A DNA stretch of 63,957 nt, the filler included, from Octopus bimaculoides (Eukaryota): the NCBI RefSeq assembly GCF_001194135.2. It is 5 parts of 5 records of this genome, joined end to end, with 100 filler letters (N's around TTAATTAATTAA, not from the genome) between each part and the next. Parts side by side here need not be neighbours in the genome. Positions count along the whole stretch, not along the records: positions 11,085 to 30,572 come from NC_068990.1; 4 more parts are not named here. One strand, given 5' to 3'. Position numbers and translations under genes: made by a program. Numbering within the stretch: position 1 is the stretch's first letter; every line of letters starts with the position of its first letter. Positions 13,007 through 24,822 of the stretch are shown here, in pieces. Below the pieces are notes generated by a model. That model worked only from the letters and a program-made list of their open reading frames with translations, had not been told where the DNA came from and did no database searches.

Positions 13007-13170
13007 TCATTAATACTCAGCCATTCAAACTGAATATTAATTGTATCAGCTTTACACACCTGTCTTGAAATGTGACCCTAAAACAAGGATATAGATTCTG
13101 GTTCTTCACTGACTCCAAAGATTCACGATATAATCATTTTTATTTATTTATTTATTTTTATGTTTTTCAG

Positions 13171-13367
13171 TTTGTTTTGGTCCTGTGTAATTCAATAGGG
13201 ACCCCACTGGAGCAAAAATATGTGGAGATGGAACCAGTGTTTATTCTAATGACTAAGACACATGTCATTATGGCCTCAAGAGAAGCGTTTTATCTGTGGC
13301 ATTTCAAAAATCCCAAGAAGGCAACATCATTGCTCGTTTCTTCCAGCAAGAAATCTCGTCGAGAAAG
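13171..13367 (+). CDS. WDR35: WDR35 exon 3 in window (phase 0/2)
   Basis: tttcag|TTT...GAA AG|gtagag; FVLVLCNSIGTPLEQKYVEMEPVFILMTKTHVIMASREAFYLW..., with strong identity to the WDR35 FVLVLCNSIGTPL motif. Confidence 0.97.
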
Positions 13368-13523
13368 GTAGAGTACCGAATTTTAAAACAAATTAGATTA
13401 TATAGAACGGACGGACGTTAATAAGAGTTATCTACATTAGATAAGTTTGGTTTCAAAAGGTTTAAGTGTGTTTTGAAAACATTTTTGGAGTATCTTGTAG
13501 AATGTTAAACTATTACATTTTAG

Positions 13524-13599
13524 GTTATATCACATTGATGTTGAACCAAGCCCATCTGCAACCCAGAGTGATGTCATTGATTTCAGTGTGGCTTTCCAG
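13524..13599 (+). CDS. WDR35: WDR35 exon 4 in window (phase 2/0)
   Basis: ttttag|G TTA TAT CAC ATT GAT...CAG|gtaagc; (R)LYHIDVEPSPSATQSDVIDFSVAFQ vs RIYHVDD; phase-compatible with both neighbours. Confidence 0.9.
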
Positions 13600-14064
13600 G
13601 TAAGCTGTGGGGTTGTGATATTTGGTTCAGGGGCATGTGGTTTAGGCTTCATTGCCATTGCATGGAGAGTGTGCTGAGTGCTTTGTGCTTTTTTATGTAT
13701 CACTGGTACAAGTGTGTTTACGCAGCACCTGTACAATTGCATTTTATGTGGCACTGTGACCTGTAAAGGAAAATCCTGCATGTATGGATGACAACAATTT
13801 AACTTAACTTGGCACATCTTCTGAAGTTATTTAATATGACTTGGGGGAGATGAAGTGATGACTGTATGTATACATATGTGGAAAATCAAGTGATTAAGTA
13901 AATATATATTCACTACTGAAAACCTCCTGACTTCATGGTTTCATATATTCTTCCTAATTTCATTGATCAGATCTTTTGGATTTTCTGTTACACGGACACT
14001 CTCCATTACATTTCCTTGTAATTGGTTACTATATGAACTGATAGCTAACTCCATAAGAAGAGCT

Positions 14065-14152
<88 letters not shown>

Positions 14153-14427
14153 TCATCATCATGACAAGCTGGAGAGTTACACCAGGCTCCATTGTCTGTT
14201 TTGGCACAGTTTCTATGGGTGGATGCCTTTCCTAATGCCAATCACTTTACAGAGTGTATGTGACCCCAGTACAAATGCTTTTTATATGGAACCAGCACAC
14301 ACACACACACATATGTATGTGTGTGTGTTCTTATATATATAAATATATGTGTGTGTATGTGTATAGATATATATAAAATGTATACACACATAAATATTCT
14401 GATGTTTACTTTTTTCTATATTTTAAG

Positions 14428-14481
14428 GGAACAAATAATCCAATTTGCTGTATGTGTGCCTCAGAAAATATCTTGCTTATT
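14428..14481 (+). CDS. WDR35: WDR35 exon 5 in window (phase 0/0)
   Basis: tttaag|GGA...ATT|gtaagt; GTNNPICCMCASENILLI vs GTRDPICAITASDKILIV. Confidence 0.9.
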
Positions 14482-15167
14482 GTAAGTATGTTTTCTTGAA
14501 TATATATTTTAAATCTTTAAAATGCGAGTTATTACAAAGTAAATAGAGAGTGTTGACTTGTTTATCTATGTCCATTGTGGATGTACTTTATTTAAATGCT
14601 AAAACCATATATTTAGAAATATAAATGTTTACTATGGCTTGTCAGACATATAGCTAAAGAGATATGCAACCAGATAAGATGTTTTTGAGTGAGCACACAT
14701 GCACTGTGGCTGTGATTTATTATAACCAAAGTAGTGCTGTGTATTAAACTCTGAGTGAGACTAAAAACTATTTATTTACTCCTGCAAACATGGAGGAAGA
14801 CTATAGACCTACTCAGTTACTATTGTGAACCACCAACCATTGGATGACTCAATAGAGGAGCCTCATTGTGGTCATATGATGTGCTAGAAATAACAGCCAA
14901 ATTACTTCAAATCATATGTTAAGTGCGGAATGGAAAAACTGGAGAATGATACACCTAAAAAGATGGCCACTGCTGGAATGTCTTTAATCATAGATTTAAC
15001 TTAGTCAGGACTATCAGGAGACTATCTGGTTTGTTGCTCAGCCTCCTAGAAATGACAGTCAAAATCTCCCACAAATCATTTGGTGTCAGCTTAAAAAGAG
15101 AAAAGACACACCTTCCATGTTAAGTTGGAGATCACTATATATATATATTTTTTTTTTTATCATACAG

Positions 15168-15277
15168 GCTCGTATGAGTGGAGTAGTGCATCGATACAGC
15201 TTACCACACGTTCTACTGGAGCATAAATATAATTTTAACACAATTGCGTCTCTGATGGAGATGAACTGTAATTTGAC
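15168..15277 (+). CDS. WDR35: WDR35 exon 6 in window (phase 0/2)
   Basis: atacag|GCT...TTG AC|gtaagt; ARMSGVVHRYSLPHVLLEHKYNFNTIASLMEMNCNL vs [21 protein letters not shown]...LNCNS. Confidence 0.92.
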
Positions 15278-15339
15278 GTAAGTTACATTTTTTTCAGTTT
15301 TCTAGATAAACAACATTTTATGATAGAATTTGTATAGGA

Positions 15340-16350
15340 TATGTATGATCTCAGGAAGTTGGACCTTATGGAGGAAATGACCATGGACCGAGATGTCTAA
15401 GACCCGCCCACATCAGCAAAACTGAGTTCTAGAAGCACTGTGTGTCCCACCCACACTCAACGAGAAAATTTCTCATACACTCTACCACAACGAACCAAAC
15501 TACATCTCAACATCTCTTCCTCACATTTCTGCTTCATGTACTATGATTACCTCCCACTCCCCAATCTTGTCCTCTTGGCCCAGTGCCACTGTATCATTGC
15601 CTTCTGCTTACCCCTGACTTGTGTGTTCTACCCACATGCCTTGTCTCATTCTATTATTGCCATCTGCTAGCCCCGACCTAAGTATTCCACCCACATGTAA
15701 CAAGAAAACTTTTCCCTCACCTTATCCCAACAAATCAATCTACATCTCTTCTCTTTCTTGAATTTCCGCCTTTGTTCACTATGCCTAGCTCTCACTCTCC
15801 AATCCTGTCCTCACACCCCTGTTCCTCTGTATCATTGCTACCCGGTAGCCCCTCCAACTCTATAGATACCCAGGTCTATTTGCCACTTACTCGTACTCTT
15901 TAATCACACTCCCTTCGCAATATCCTATCACTTATTTTATGGCATTTGAACCTCAATGGTATGCCCTGTCACTTGCCTCTATCTATATCTCTCTCTTCCT
16001 TTACTCAACCATCTCATTTATACTCTGATCCCTGTTACTTGTGAGTATGCCTGGCATTTTGCTACCTGTGGTCTCCTGCTCTCTCTCTCTCTTTCTCTTG
16101 CACTTCCCTCAGGTTGGGCAACTGTGTATTTTCTTCGTGGTAGCACACCTGTTTTTCTGTCTTCATTCCTGATCTTTCTCTCTCCAGCCAGGTAACCTTG
16201 TACTTCCTCTACAGCAAGACAAATGTATCTGTTTCACTGTAACATTTTCTTCATCACCACCTTCAATGCCTCCTCCCCTCTAATTTCATGTTTAATCCCA
16301 CTGTTTGTCACCTTAGGTCAGTGTCATCTCCTAGAACCTCCAAGAAAATC
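15340..16350 (+). mobile_element. Probable LINE 3' region (RTE-like ORF2 end plus C/T-rich UTR)
   Basis: DLRKLDLMEEMTMDRDV* followed by a pyrimidine-rich tract. Confidence 0.45.
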
Positions 16351-16479
16351 AACAAAAGTAACATTTGTCCTGTGTCATGATAAATGCCATTTTAAAAAAA
16401 TTCTTTTTACATAAAATTAAACAAAATGAATAAAAATTAGAGCGTTTTTGAAACATTCCTCTTGTTTCTCTTTCACCAG

Positions 16480-16618
16480 GATTTTAGCACTAGTTGATAA
16501 TTATGGTGTGTTATCTATGTACAACCTGAATGGTTATAAAGATAACAATGGGAAGAGTAGCAATACCGAGCAACTGAATTTTGACCGTAAAGATGTCTGG
16601 AACATCAAATGGGCCAAT
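16480..16618 (+). CDS. WDR35: WDR35 exon 7 in window (phase 2/0)
   Basis: caccag|G ATT...AAT|gtaagt; (T)ILALVDNYGVLSMYNL...FDRKDVWNIKWAN vs RLAIIDISGVL...ERRDVWDMKWAK. Confidence 0.94.
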
Positions 16619-17099
16619 GTAAGTTTTAAAACTGTCTTACGTGTTTGTGTATGTGAGTATATGTGTAGGTGTATGCATATACATAATGATGAGTATGTAT
16701 GTATTTATGTGTGTTTTGTGTTTCCCTGTCATGACATCATGTGATAGTTTGTAAACAGCATCACTGCCATACAAACAGTGGCCTTCATTTCCATGCTTTT
16801 ATGTAAATATATCTGGCCATGGGGAACAGGTGAGGTCTGGCAAGAGGAAGGGCATCCAGCCATAGAAAATCTACCTCAATGAATTTTTCCTATGCAAGAA
16901 TGGTAAAGTGGACATTAAATCAATGATGATGATTTACTCTATTTTATTTTTGATATTTCATAATTATATACTTTCCTTAAAGAAATATCTATATTAGGGC
17001 ATTAGAATAGCTCTATACAACAGTCTTCACACTGTATGTTTGGCTGGAGGGATTGGTTTGGCTACACTCAGTGTAGGTGTAATATCAAATCACAATCAA

Positions 17100-17465
17100 A
17101 TGGAAATTGTAGTTGTGGCTGATGCCAGTGCTGCCTGACTAGCTCCCATGCTGGTGGCACGCAATAAGCACCATGCATGCGTGAGTCATTGCCAGTGCCA
17201 CCTGACTGGCTCTTGTGCAGGTAGCATGTAAAAAGCACCACCCGAATGTGGCTGATGCCAGTGCCGCCTGACTGGATCCTGTGCTGGTGGTACATAAAAA
17301 GCACCCACTACACTCTTGGAGTGGTTGGCATTAGGAAAGGCATCCAGCTGTAGAAACCTTGCCAGATCAGATTGGAGCCTGGTGCAGCCTCCTGGCTTGC
17401 TAGTCCCCAGTCAAACCATCCAACCCATGCCAGCATGGAAAACGGACGTTAAACGATGATGATGT
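17100..17465 (+). mobile_element. RTE LINE 3' end
   Basis: aaagcacccactacactcttggagtggttggc...cagcatggaaaacggacgttaaacgatgatgatg. Confidence 0.8.
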
Positions 17466-17642
17466 TTGCTGTGAGAAAATGATTTTGACAATTCTATGAC
17501 CCACTAAAAAAAATTTTTTTTAATTTGGATCCCATGCCCCACCAATGGGAATCACTGACTTAATCCTTCTTTTTAGTTTCCTTTTTTCTTTTATTATACC
17601 GTTGCTTTAGAAGGGTACATGTATATTTCTGTCATATTCTAG

Positions 17643-17711
17643 GACAATCCTAATTTGTTTGCATTGATGGAGAAGGAACGGATGCTGGTTGTTCGAGGAA
17701 TTGAACCTGAG
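17643..17711 (+). CDS. WDR35: WDR35 exon 8 in window (phase 0/0)
   Basis: ttctag|GAC...GAG|gtcagt; DNPNLFALMEKERMLVVRGIEPE vs [23 protein letters not shown]. Confidence 0.94.
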
Positions 17712-18309
17712 GTCAGTACTTTACAGTCTATTATCTATCTTTGTATCAGTCCCTTGTGTCTTGCTATATTTGTCCATTTATACAATTATGTGTCAGTTCT
17801 ATTATTTATTTAATACCTGACCCCTTCCACCATTTGTACAATTAAATGTCAGCCTATTTATTTATTTGTCTGGCTACTTATCTGTGTATCCATCTCTTTA
17901 AATATATATTTGTTTTATGAAATATATCATTGTCTATATATCTATCTATTTGTTTGTCTCTGCCTCTTCCTAGCAATCTATATATGTCTGTCTGTCTGTG
18001 TTAGCTTGTGTGACTCAACTGTTTCTTTGGAATTTATAAGGAGGGAATCAGGGTTGTGTCAGCAGATGGAGATTAACACTCATTCTGTGTTCCTGGTATA
18101 TTAGAAATAGCCTAAATGTAATCTCTACTGGATTCCTTAGGAAAGTGTTAATGAACAACATGTGCAGAAAAGAAAGATAAAATACTAAAAATAGACAACT
18201 AATCATGTTGCAGCTTTGTAGTCATGTGATGTGTTTATAACTCATTGTTAATCCCCACAACCTGCTCTTGTTTCCTTTGTCTTTAATTGAAAAAAAAAAA
18301 AAAAACAGA

Positions 18310-18690
18310 TTTTGTTTGCAATGAAACAAGCGTGTGATGAACCCAGTACTTCATCTGGTAAACAAACAAGGACTAGCCTCTTTACAGTTGAGGAAATTAT
18401 TCATGATATTTATTCTTTAGATGAAGAGTTTATACTTATGCTTGCTATGAGAGTGATTCAGACAATCAGACTGGTGAAAGTGATGAGGAAAGTGGTAATT
18501 CGGATGAACAAATACAGTAGTTATGAGATAGGCTTATTATTGTTATTCTCCTGAATTGTTTTGTGATTCTGTCCTTTAGTTTACCTGCAATCTTTACTCT
18601 TGAGTTGTGTATGCAGCTATTTATTTTTTTGCTCTGGAGCCCAGTTGGAGAGTAAAGTTAGACACAGAGGTCCAGGTCTGAAAGGGTTAA
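18310..18690 (+). mobile_element. Possible internally deleted piggyBac remnant
   Basis: Acidic N-terminus-like peptides (FTVEEIIHDIYSLDEE; ESDSDNQTGESDEESGNSDE) and an AGGG|TTAA end near 18690. Confidence 0.35.
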
Positions 18691-19634
18691 CTCAGGATCA
18701 TGTTTAGTTCACACTGAGTCTTGTGTACACAATGAATCGCGTGGTCTCTGTTCTGTTGTGTGTATTTCACATTGTGTCCAGATGCTTCAAATTGATGTAT
18801 CATCAACAAACAACATTCAAATGAAAATGCCCACAATATACCACTCGCAGATTTATGATGAACAAGTGTTATATTTGAGATGTGTTAATTAAGTTAAATG
18901 ATCTTGTTAATGAGATAATTTTTAATACAGTAGAAACACAGTTATTATAATTAAGGAAAATTATGCCACTATCTATGACAATCATCTTGATCTTAAAAGA
19001 AAACCCGAAGCCTTGGAATATAAATGCTTTCTGATTTAGACCCAAGGTCAGCAATTTTGAGGGGATGGGGTTAGTCAGTACCATTGACTCTAGCCCTTAA
19101 CAAGTACTTTACTTTTATTGACCCTGAAGGGATAAAAGGCAAAAATTAATCCTAGTGGGATTTGAACTCAGAAAGTAAAGAGCCAGAAGAAATTCTTCTA
19201 TACATTTTAACCTGCGCTCTCACGATTCTGCCAGCTTGCTGCCTCTGAAAGCTAATAAATAGAGGCAAATATATATATGGTTCTTGTGGTGCCACGGTAC
19301 AACGTTATCAAACACGTTTCATTTTAGCGAGAATGTTCTAAGGGAAGTAACTCTGTACACGGACAAGTTACTTTCACATTCTAAACTCGTTTGACCTGGC
19401 AGTAACTTTTTAATAATCCGAATCATGAATTGATTTTCACGTCACTTACGTAATTAAACTGCTTAGGAAGGTATTAATGCCACAACTTCCCATTTCCCTA
19501 GTAATACTGATTACATTTTTTCATAACTTTTGTTTCCGTGATATTCATGTGATATCCTTCATAGATACGCAGATAGAGGGAGAAATGAAAACACAGAGAG
19601 ACAGATAAATTCTCAATCAAATGTTTAAAGACTA

Positions 19635-19925
19635 ATCATCATTATCACCGTTTAACGTCCGCTTTCAATGCTTGCATGGGTTGGACGATTTGACTGAGGA
19701 CTGGCGAACCAGATGGTTGCACCAGGGTTTCTACAGCTGGATGCCCTTCCTTACGCCAACCACTCCGAGAGTGTAGTGGGTTCTTTTACGTGCCATCGGC
19801 ACGAGGGTCAGTCAGGCATTACTGGCGACGGCCACACTCAAAATGGTGTTTTTTGCGTGCCACCTGCACAGGAGCCAGTCCATCGGCACTGGCAACGACC
19901 TCGCTCGAATGTTTTCTAACGTGCC
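19635..19925 (-). mobile_element. RTE LINE 3' end, inverted relative to 17100-17465
   Basis: Reverse complement aligns with the 17300-17465 block. Confidence 0.8.
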
Positions 19926-21554
19926 GGCTAATATTTTATTTTAATATATTCACAATAATATATTTTACTGTAATGAGCTATTGATACATAATGATATATA
20001 AATTAGCTTCAAATTTTGGTCTAAGGCCTGCCATTTTAGGAAAGAGGTAAGTTGATTAGATTGATCCCAGTGCTCAATTGGTGCTCATTTTATCAACCCA
20101 CAAAAGAATAAATGAAAAAGTCAGCTTCAGCAGAATTTGAACTCAAAATATAAGAGCCTGAAAAAATGTGACTAAGCATTTTGTCTGGTACTTTAACAAT
20201 GCTGCCAACTCATCATCTTATAATGATATATGAATTAATAATAATAATAATAATAATCCTTTCTACTATAGGCACAAGGCCTGAAATTTTGGGAGACGGG
20301 GCGAGTCGATTAGATTGACCCCAGTACGCAACTGGTACTTAATTTATCGACCTCGAAAAGATGAAAGGCAAAGCCGACCTCAGCGGAATTTGAACTCAGA
20401 ACGTGAAGATGAGCAAAATGCTGCAGAGCATTTTCCCCATTGTGCTAACAATTCTGCCATCTTACTGCCTTAATAATAATAATAATATTAATAAATGCCC
20501 TGATGCAGTACCAGGCAGTGGCTCTCATGGCTTCTGATCTTAATTGATTGGAAGTGTTATCATGTACATATTTTGTCTTGGTATAAAAGATGGGTTACAG
20601 CGAATATTCTGCTCCATATCACAGATTTGCTTGTCAGTTGTTTGAACTTAACCAGTTGAGCATGTCCCTTGGTGGCTGACGATATGTGCATCTCTGATCA
20701 CAAGCAGAAGTAGTTGGTGGGCATCATATCATAGTCATGTGTTGAGAGGAATTCTTTGGGGTCTGAATAATTCACCTCTGGAAAAAAGGGTGTTTCATTT
20801 AACATCCTTAAACAACCTTTATTCAGCGACATTTTAAGCAGGATGGCCTACTCGACTTGAAGAAAATTCTAACTGGGCTCCACCTGCAAGTTGATGCACT
20901 GTTTATCTTGACAGGAGATAACTATGTTGTGCACATATGGTTGTGATGCATGTGCCTGGTGTACCCTTATCAGACAGTTAGTCATGATGGGTATACTGGC
21001 CTTCATATATTTGTACCCCAGTATCACTTTGATGGCATGTCCTGCTCTCTCACTCAATAATAATAATAATAAGATTAATTTATATGGTGCACCACAACTT
21101 GTTGAGAAAAAAGAATAAAAGGGGACAGAAAGATAGCAATGAAAGCTAATAGAACATGCACAATACACAGAAAGAGACACAAAAAGAGCCATAAAAAGGA
21201 AAGGGTGCATAGGCACATCAGGAGTATTGTTGAGGAATTTGGGGAAGCTTGGTATTTTTGAAGGATTCAATATGCTGATAGCTGACAAGTGATGGGGATT
21301 GTTTATTCCCTGAAATAAATTCATCATTATAAACCATTACAAAACTTTTTTCATTTAATTCTTGTAATAATTCTATCTAAACTTTGTTGTCTTTCTCTGT
21401 TTTTGCTTCCAAATATTTGTCATTGTGACAATTCTTTTTGTTTTTTAAGTGTAGATGAGAGGAGGGGGAAGTTTTAGATTGATTTGGAGAGAGGCAGGGT
21501 GGATGTGTTTGGCTGATTTGAAAAAGATAGGTTAGTGCAGATTTGGTGTATGAT

Positions 21555-21660
21555 AGGTTGGCACTGCTAGACAGGTGTGTAGCTAGGTAGATTGGCACTG
21601 CTAGGTAGATTGGCACTGCTAGGTAGATTGGCACTGCTAGGTAGATTGGCACTGCTAGGA
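21555..21660. repeat. 18-bp minisatellite (GGTAGATTGGCACTGCTA) x about 5
   Basis: Direct reading; gives the spurious AVPIYL repeat ORF. Confidence 0.9.
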
Positions 21661-21849
21661 GGATTTTGAACAAAATGGACATAATAGAGTTGACTTAATA
21701 GCATCTTTCACGTGAGTGACTGACCCCAGTAAGTGTTTAGAGGCTTAATTCATTTCATATTTGATTGAAAAGAATAATGACTGAATAAAGATGTGCGACA
21801 AATAAGTCATGAGTTCATATCTACAGAAGTAATTTTGTTCTTTCTCTGC

Positions 21850-22080
21850 TTTGGAAGACTGAAATCTTCATTGGTTCAATTCATGTATCAATGAGATACA
21901 AACACCAGGTTTTATGGGGAATTATTGAATTTAGATAAATTACAGTCTTGTCAAAGGAGTGATTCATTTTTCATTCTCGGGTCACTGCAGTTCTACTGTT
22001 TGTGGAAAGTTTCAATTATTTTCTCACACACAGAATTGTCAAAGCATGGAATAAACTACTTGCCTCAGGTGTTAATACAT
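21850..22080 (+). mobile_element. CR1/L2-type LINE ORF2 3' relic
   Basis: Frameshifted FS(H)RIVKAWNKL..SGVN, cf. FFSNRVVNAWNSLP. Confidence 0.55.
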
Positions 22081-22974
22081 AAAGTGCGACGGGTCACGAT
22101 TGTGGCTGCCAGGCATAGGTCGACAGGCCATGATCATGGCCCAGATAGATGCATTTATGAGTGTATGTTGGGGTTTAATGTCACTCAAATGCTCCGATAC
22201 CCCCAGAATGCAAGGGGACTAATAGTTCAACTAATGACTTTTCAGATGATTTAAAACTTGCCACCATTATATACTAAGAAGATATTTTAACTATTTTTTG
22301 TTTTTTATGTGTGCATGGTAGACTCATTTTCGTAAAATGTGCTCAGCAGTCCATGCTATGTAAGTTCAAATCCCAGCACTTTATGGGTTAACTGTCAGGA
22401 TACTGTATTATTAAAAAAAATTACCTGTTTCCTAAAATTCACTAATTTTACTTCTGATGTACTTTTACATCCTTTTCTTTTCTATGACTTTTTTACTGTT
22501 CACTTTTGTATCTTTTGGCATTTCAGATACTGTACGTGTACCTGCTTCCATTGCTGTCTTTCTTTACTCGAGCTTGTGCTGCTTTCTTTCCTTCTTTCAC
22601 CCTTCACTAACAAGTTGTAGTGCATGTGAGCACTGTACATAATATCATCATTATCATCATCATTGTAATAAGCTTGTTGTTTGGCTGTTAAAAGCTGTAT
22701 TATCAGTTGACACTGCAATTCTGCCTAAAGGATGTTCCCTTCTCTTTCTTCTGTCATCTATTTTGTGCCTGTTACCCCCACTCCAAAAAAACCCCAAAAT
22801 ACTAAGCACCTTATCTCAACTTTGTCCTTAGAACTGCATCCTTCGGAGACCCTCTTCCCTTCCTTGCTGAGATCTTCACATTAAATTTGAACCTGCAACA
22901 GTTCCAATATTTTGTCTGATGATTTTGCTTTCATTTTGGAGCCAATTTTTATTAAGTAAGGGATAAATAGAAAG

Positions 22975-23290
22975 CTAAGGAGTGGCTGTGTGGTAAGTAG
23001 CTTGCTTCCCAACACCATGATTCCGGGTTCAGTCCCATCGCGTGGCACCTTGGGCAAGTGTCTTCTACTATAGCCTTGGTCCACCCAAAGCCTTGTGAGT
23101 GGATTTGGTAGACAGAAACTGAAAGAAGCCCATCATATATATATGTGTGTGTGTGTATATGTTTGTGTGTCTGTGTTTGTCCTCCCTAACATCGCTTGAC
23201 AACCAATGCTGGTGCATTTGCGTCCCTGTAACTTAGCAGTTCAGCAAAAGTACTAGGCTTACAAAGAATAAGTCCTGGGGTAAGTCTATG
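22975..23290 (+). mobile_element. CORE-like SINE, tail type 2 (truncated)
   Basis: Head + (GT)n + caacatcgcttgacaaccaatgctgg...gtactaggcttacaaagaataagtcctgggg; the same tail is complete at 62120-62250. Confidence 0.8.
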
Positions 23291-23555
23291 TCTGGTCATA
23301 GAATGACCAATGGTTTTGTATCCACAAAGAGCTTAGCCCCATGGATGTCTCATCAGATTCTAAAGCCAAAGACACCATGTAAAAAGCACTAAGTCCATTC
23401 TGCTGAATGGTTGGTGTTAGGAAGTTCATCCAGCTGTAAAAATCCTGCCAAAATAGTTACAGAAGTCTGGGGCAGGCTTCTGCTCGGCTGGCTCTTGTCA
23501 AACTGTCCCACCCATGCCAGCATGGAAGGTGGACATTAAACAATGATGATGATGA

Positions 23556-23600
<45 letters not shown>

Positions 23601-23604
23601 TGCA

Positions 23605-24010
23605 GGCATGGCTGTGTAATTGAGAAGTTTGTTTCCAAATCACTTGATTTGGTTTTAATCTCTTAATGGCTGGCACCTTAAACCAATGTCTTCTACAACT
23701 GACTCTGACCAATTTGGTCGGTGGAAACTGAAAGAAGTTTGTGTGTGTGTGTGTATGTGCATGCATGCGTGTGTGTCTCCTTGACTTGACATTGCATGAT
23801 AGTTGCAAACAAACATCACTATCACACAAGCCGTGTCTTTCATCTTCAATCATCTGTGAAAACATCCAACCATGAGGGAAATATTACCTTGCTTGAAAAC
23901 AGGTGAGGGTTGGTGACAGGAAGGGCAGAAAGTTAGAAAGTGTGCTTCTATGAATTGCATCTGATCCATGCACGCATGGAAAAGTAGATGTTAAAACAAC
24001 AACAATGATG
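23605..24010 (+). mobile_element. CORE-like SINE, tail type 1 (RTE-like tail)
   Basis: Head + (GT)n + ...gacaggaagggca...catggaaaagtagatgttaaaacaacaacaatgatgatg. Confidence 0.75.
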
Positions 24011-24306
24011 ATGATGAAGATGATGTTGACAGCAGTAACAATGATGGCAAGCAGAATCTCAAATGACAAATATAATTGCATGTTTATCCTTGCAGATAAA
24101 CATGTTTATCCCTGTCTTTTTTTTAACATCAAAATGGTAACCAGATACATTATTAGCCTAGTTATCATATAAGGGTGAAAGATATGAATTTATTAAAAGA
24201 AAATAAAAGAATACAGTAAAAAGTAAAATAATATATACAGTCATTAAATTATTTATAAATTTAAATTTGATAAATAAAATTATGAATTAATGAATTTCTT
24301 TTTTTC

Positions 24307-24347
<41 letters not shown>

Positions 24348-24358
24348 CCTTAATTTAG

Positions 24359-24487
24359 GAACCAGTTTCCAGCAAAGGCTATTTATGCCATTTCTCAGAC
24401 TTGCAAATTAAAACTGTTCTCCTGGAAAACATCATGACATACCCCCAGAACCCAACCAAGGATTTCGTTATTGATATCGAGATTAAA
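24359..24487 (+). CDS. WDR35: WDR35 exon 9 in window (phase 0/0)
   Basis: long poly-T tract then atttag|GAA...AAA|gtaatg; EPVSSKGYLCHFSDLQIKTVLLENIMTYPQNPTKDFVIDIEIK vs [25 protein letters not shown]. Confidence 0.94.
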
Positions 24488-24693
24488 GTAATGTCAACTA
24501 ATTTGTTTTACATTAACTGAAATCATTCAGGATTAAATAGAGCTTCTAAGAATATGAGAAGATAATTAGTTTTGCGGCTAATAATAATTGCTAAGGTCGT
24601 TTAGTCGTAGAAAGGAAAGCTGTTAGTTTGACTGCGGCTAGTACAACAAATTATTTATTTGGGTGCAACATATATGTGTAATGTATATATATA

Positions 24694-24750
<57 letters not shown>

Positions 24751-24776
24751 ATATATGTGTAATATATATGTATATA

Positions 24777-24822
<46 letters not shown>

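Noticed and set aside
21555-21660. Regular short direct repeats (also 30178-30325, 28195-28260) as a CRISPR-like array
   Set aside because: Contiguous tandem units without unique spacers, in a eukaryotic context with no cas genes.
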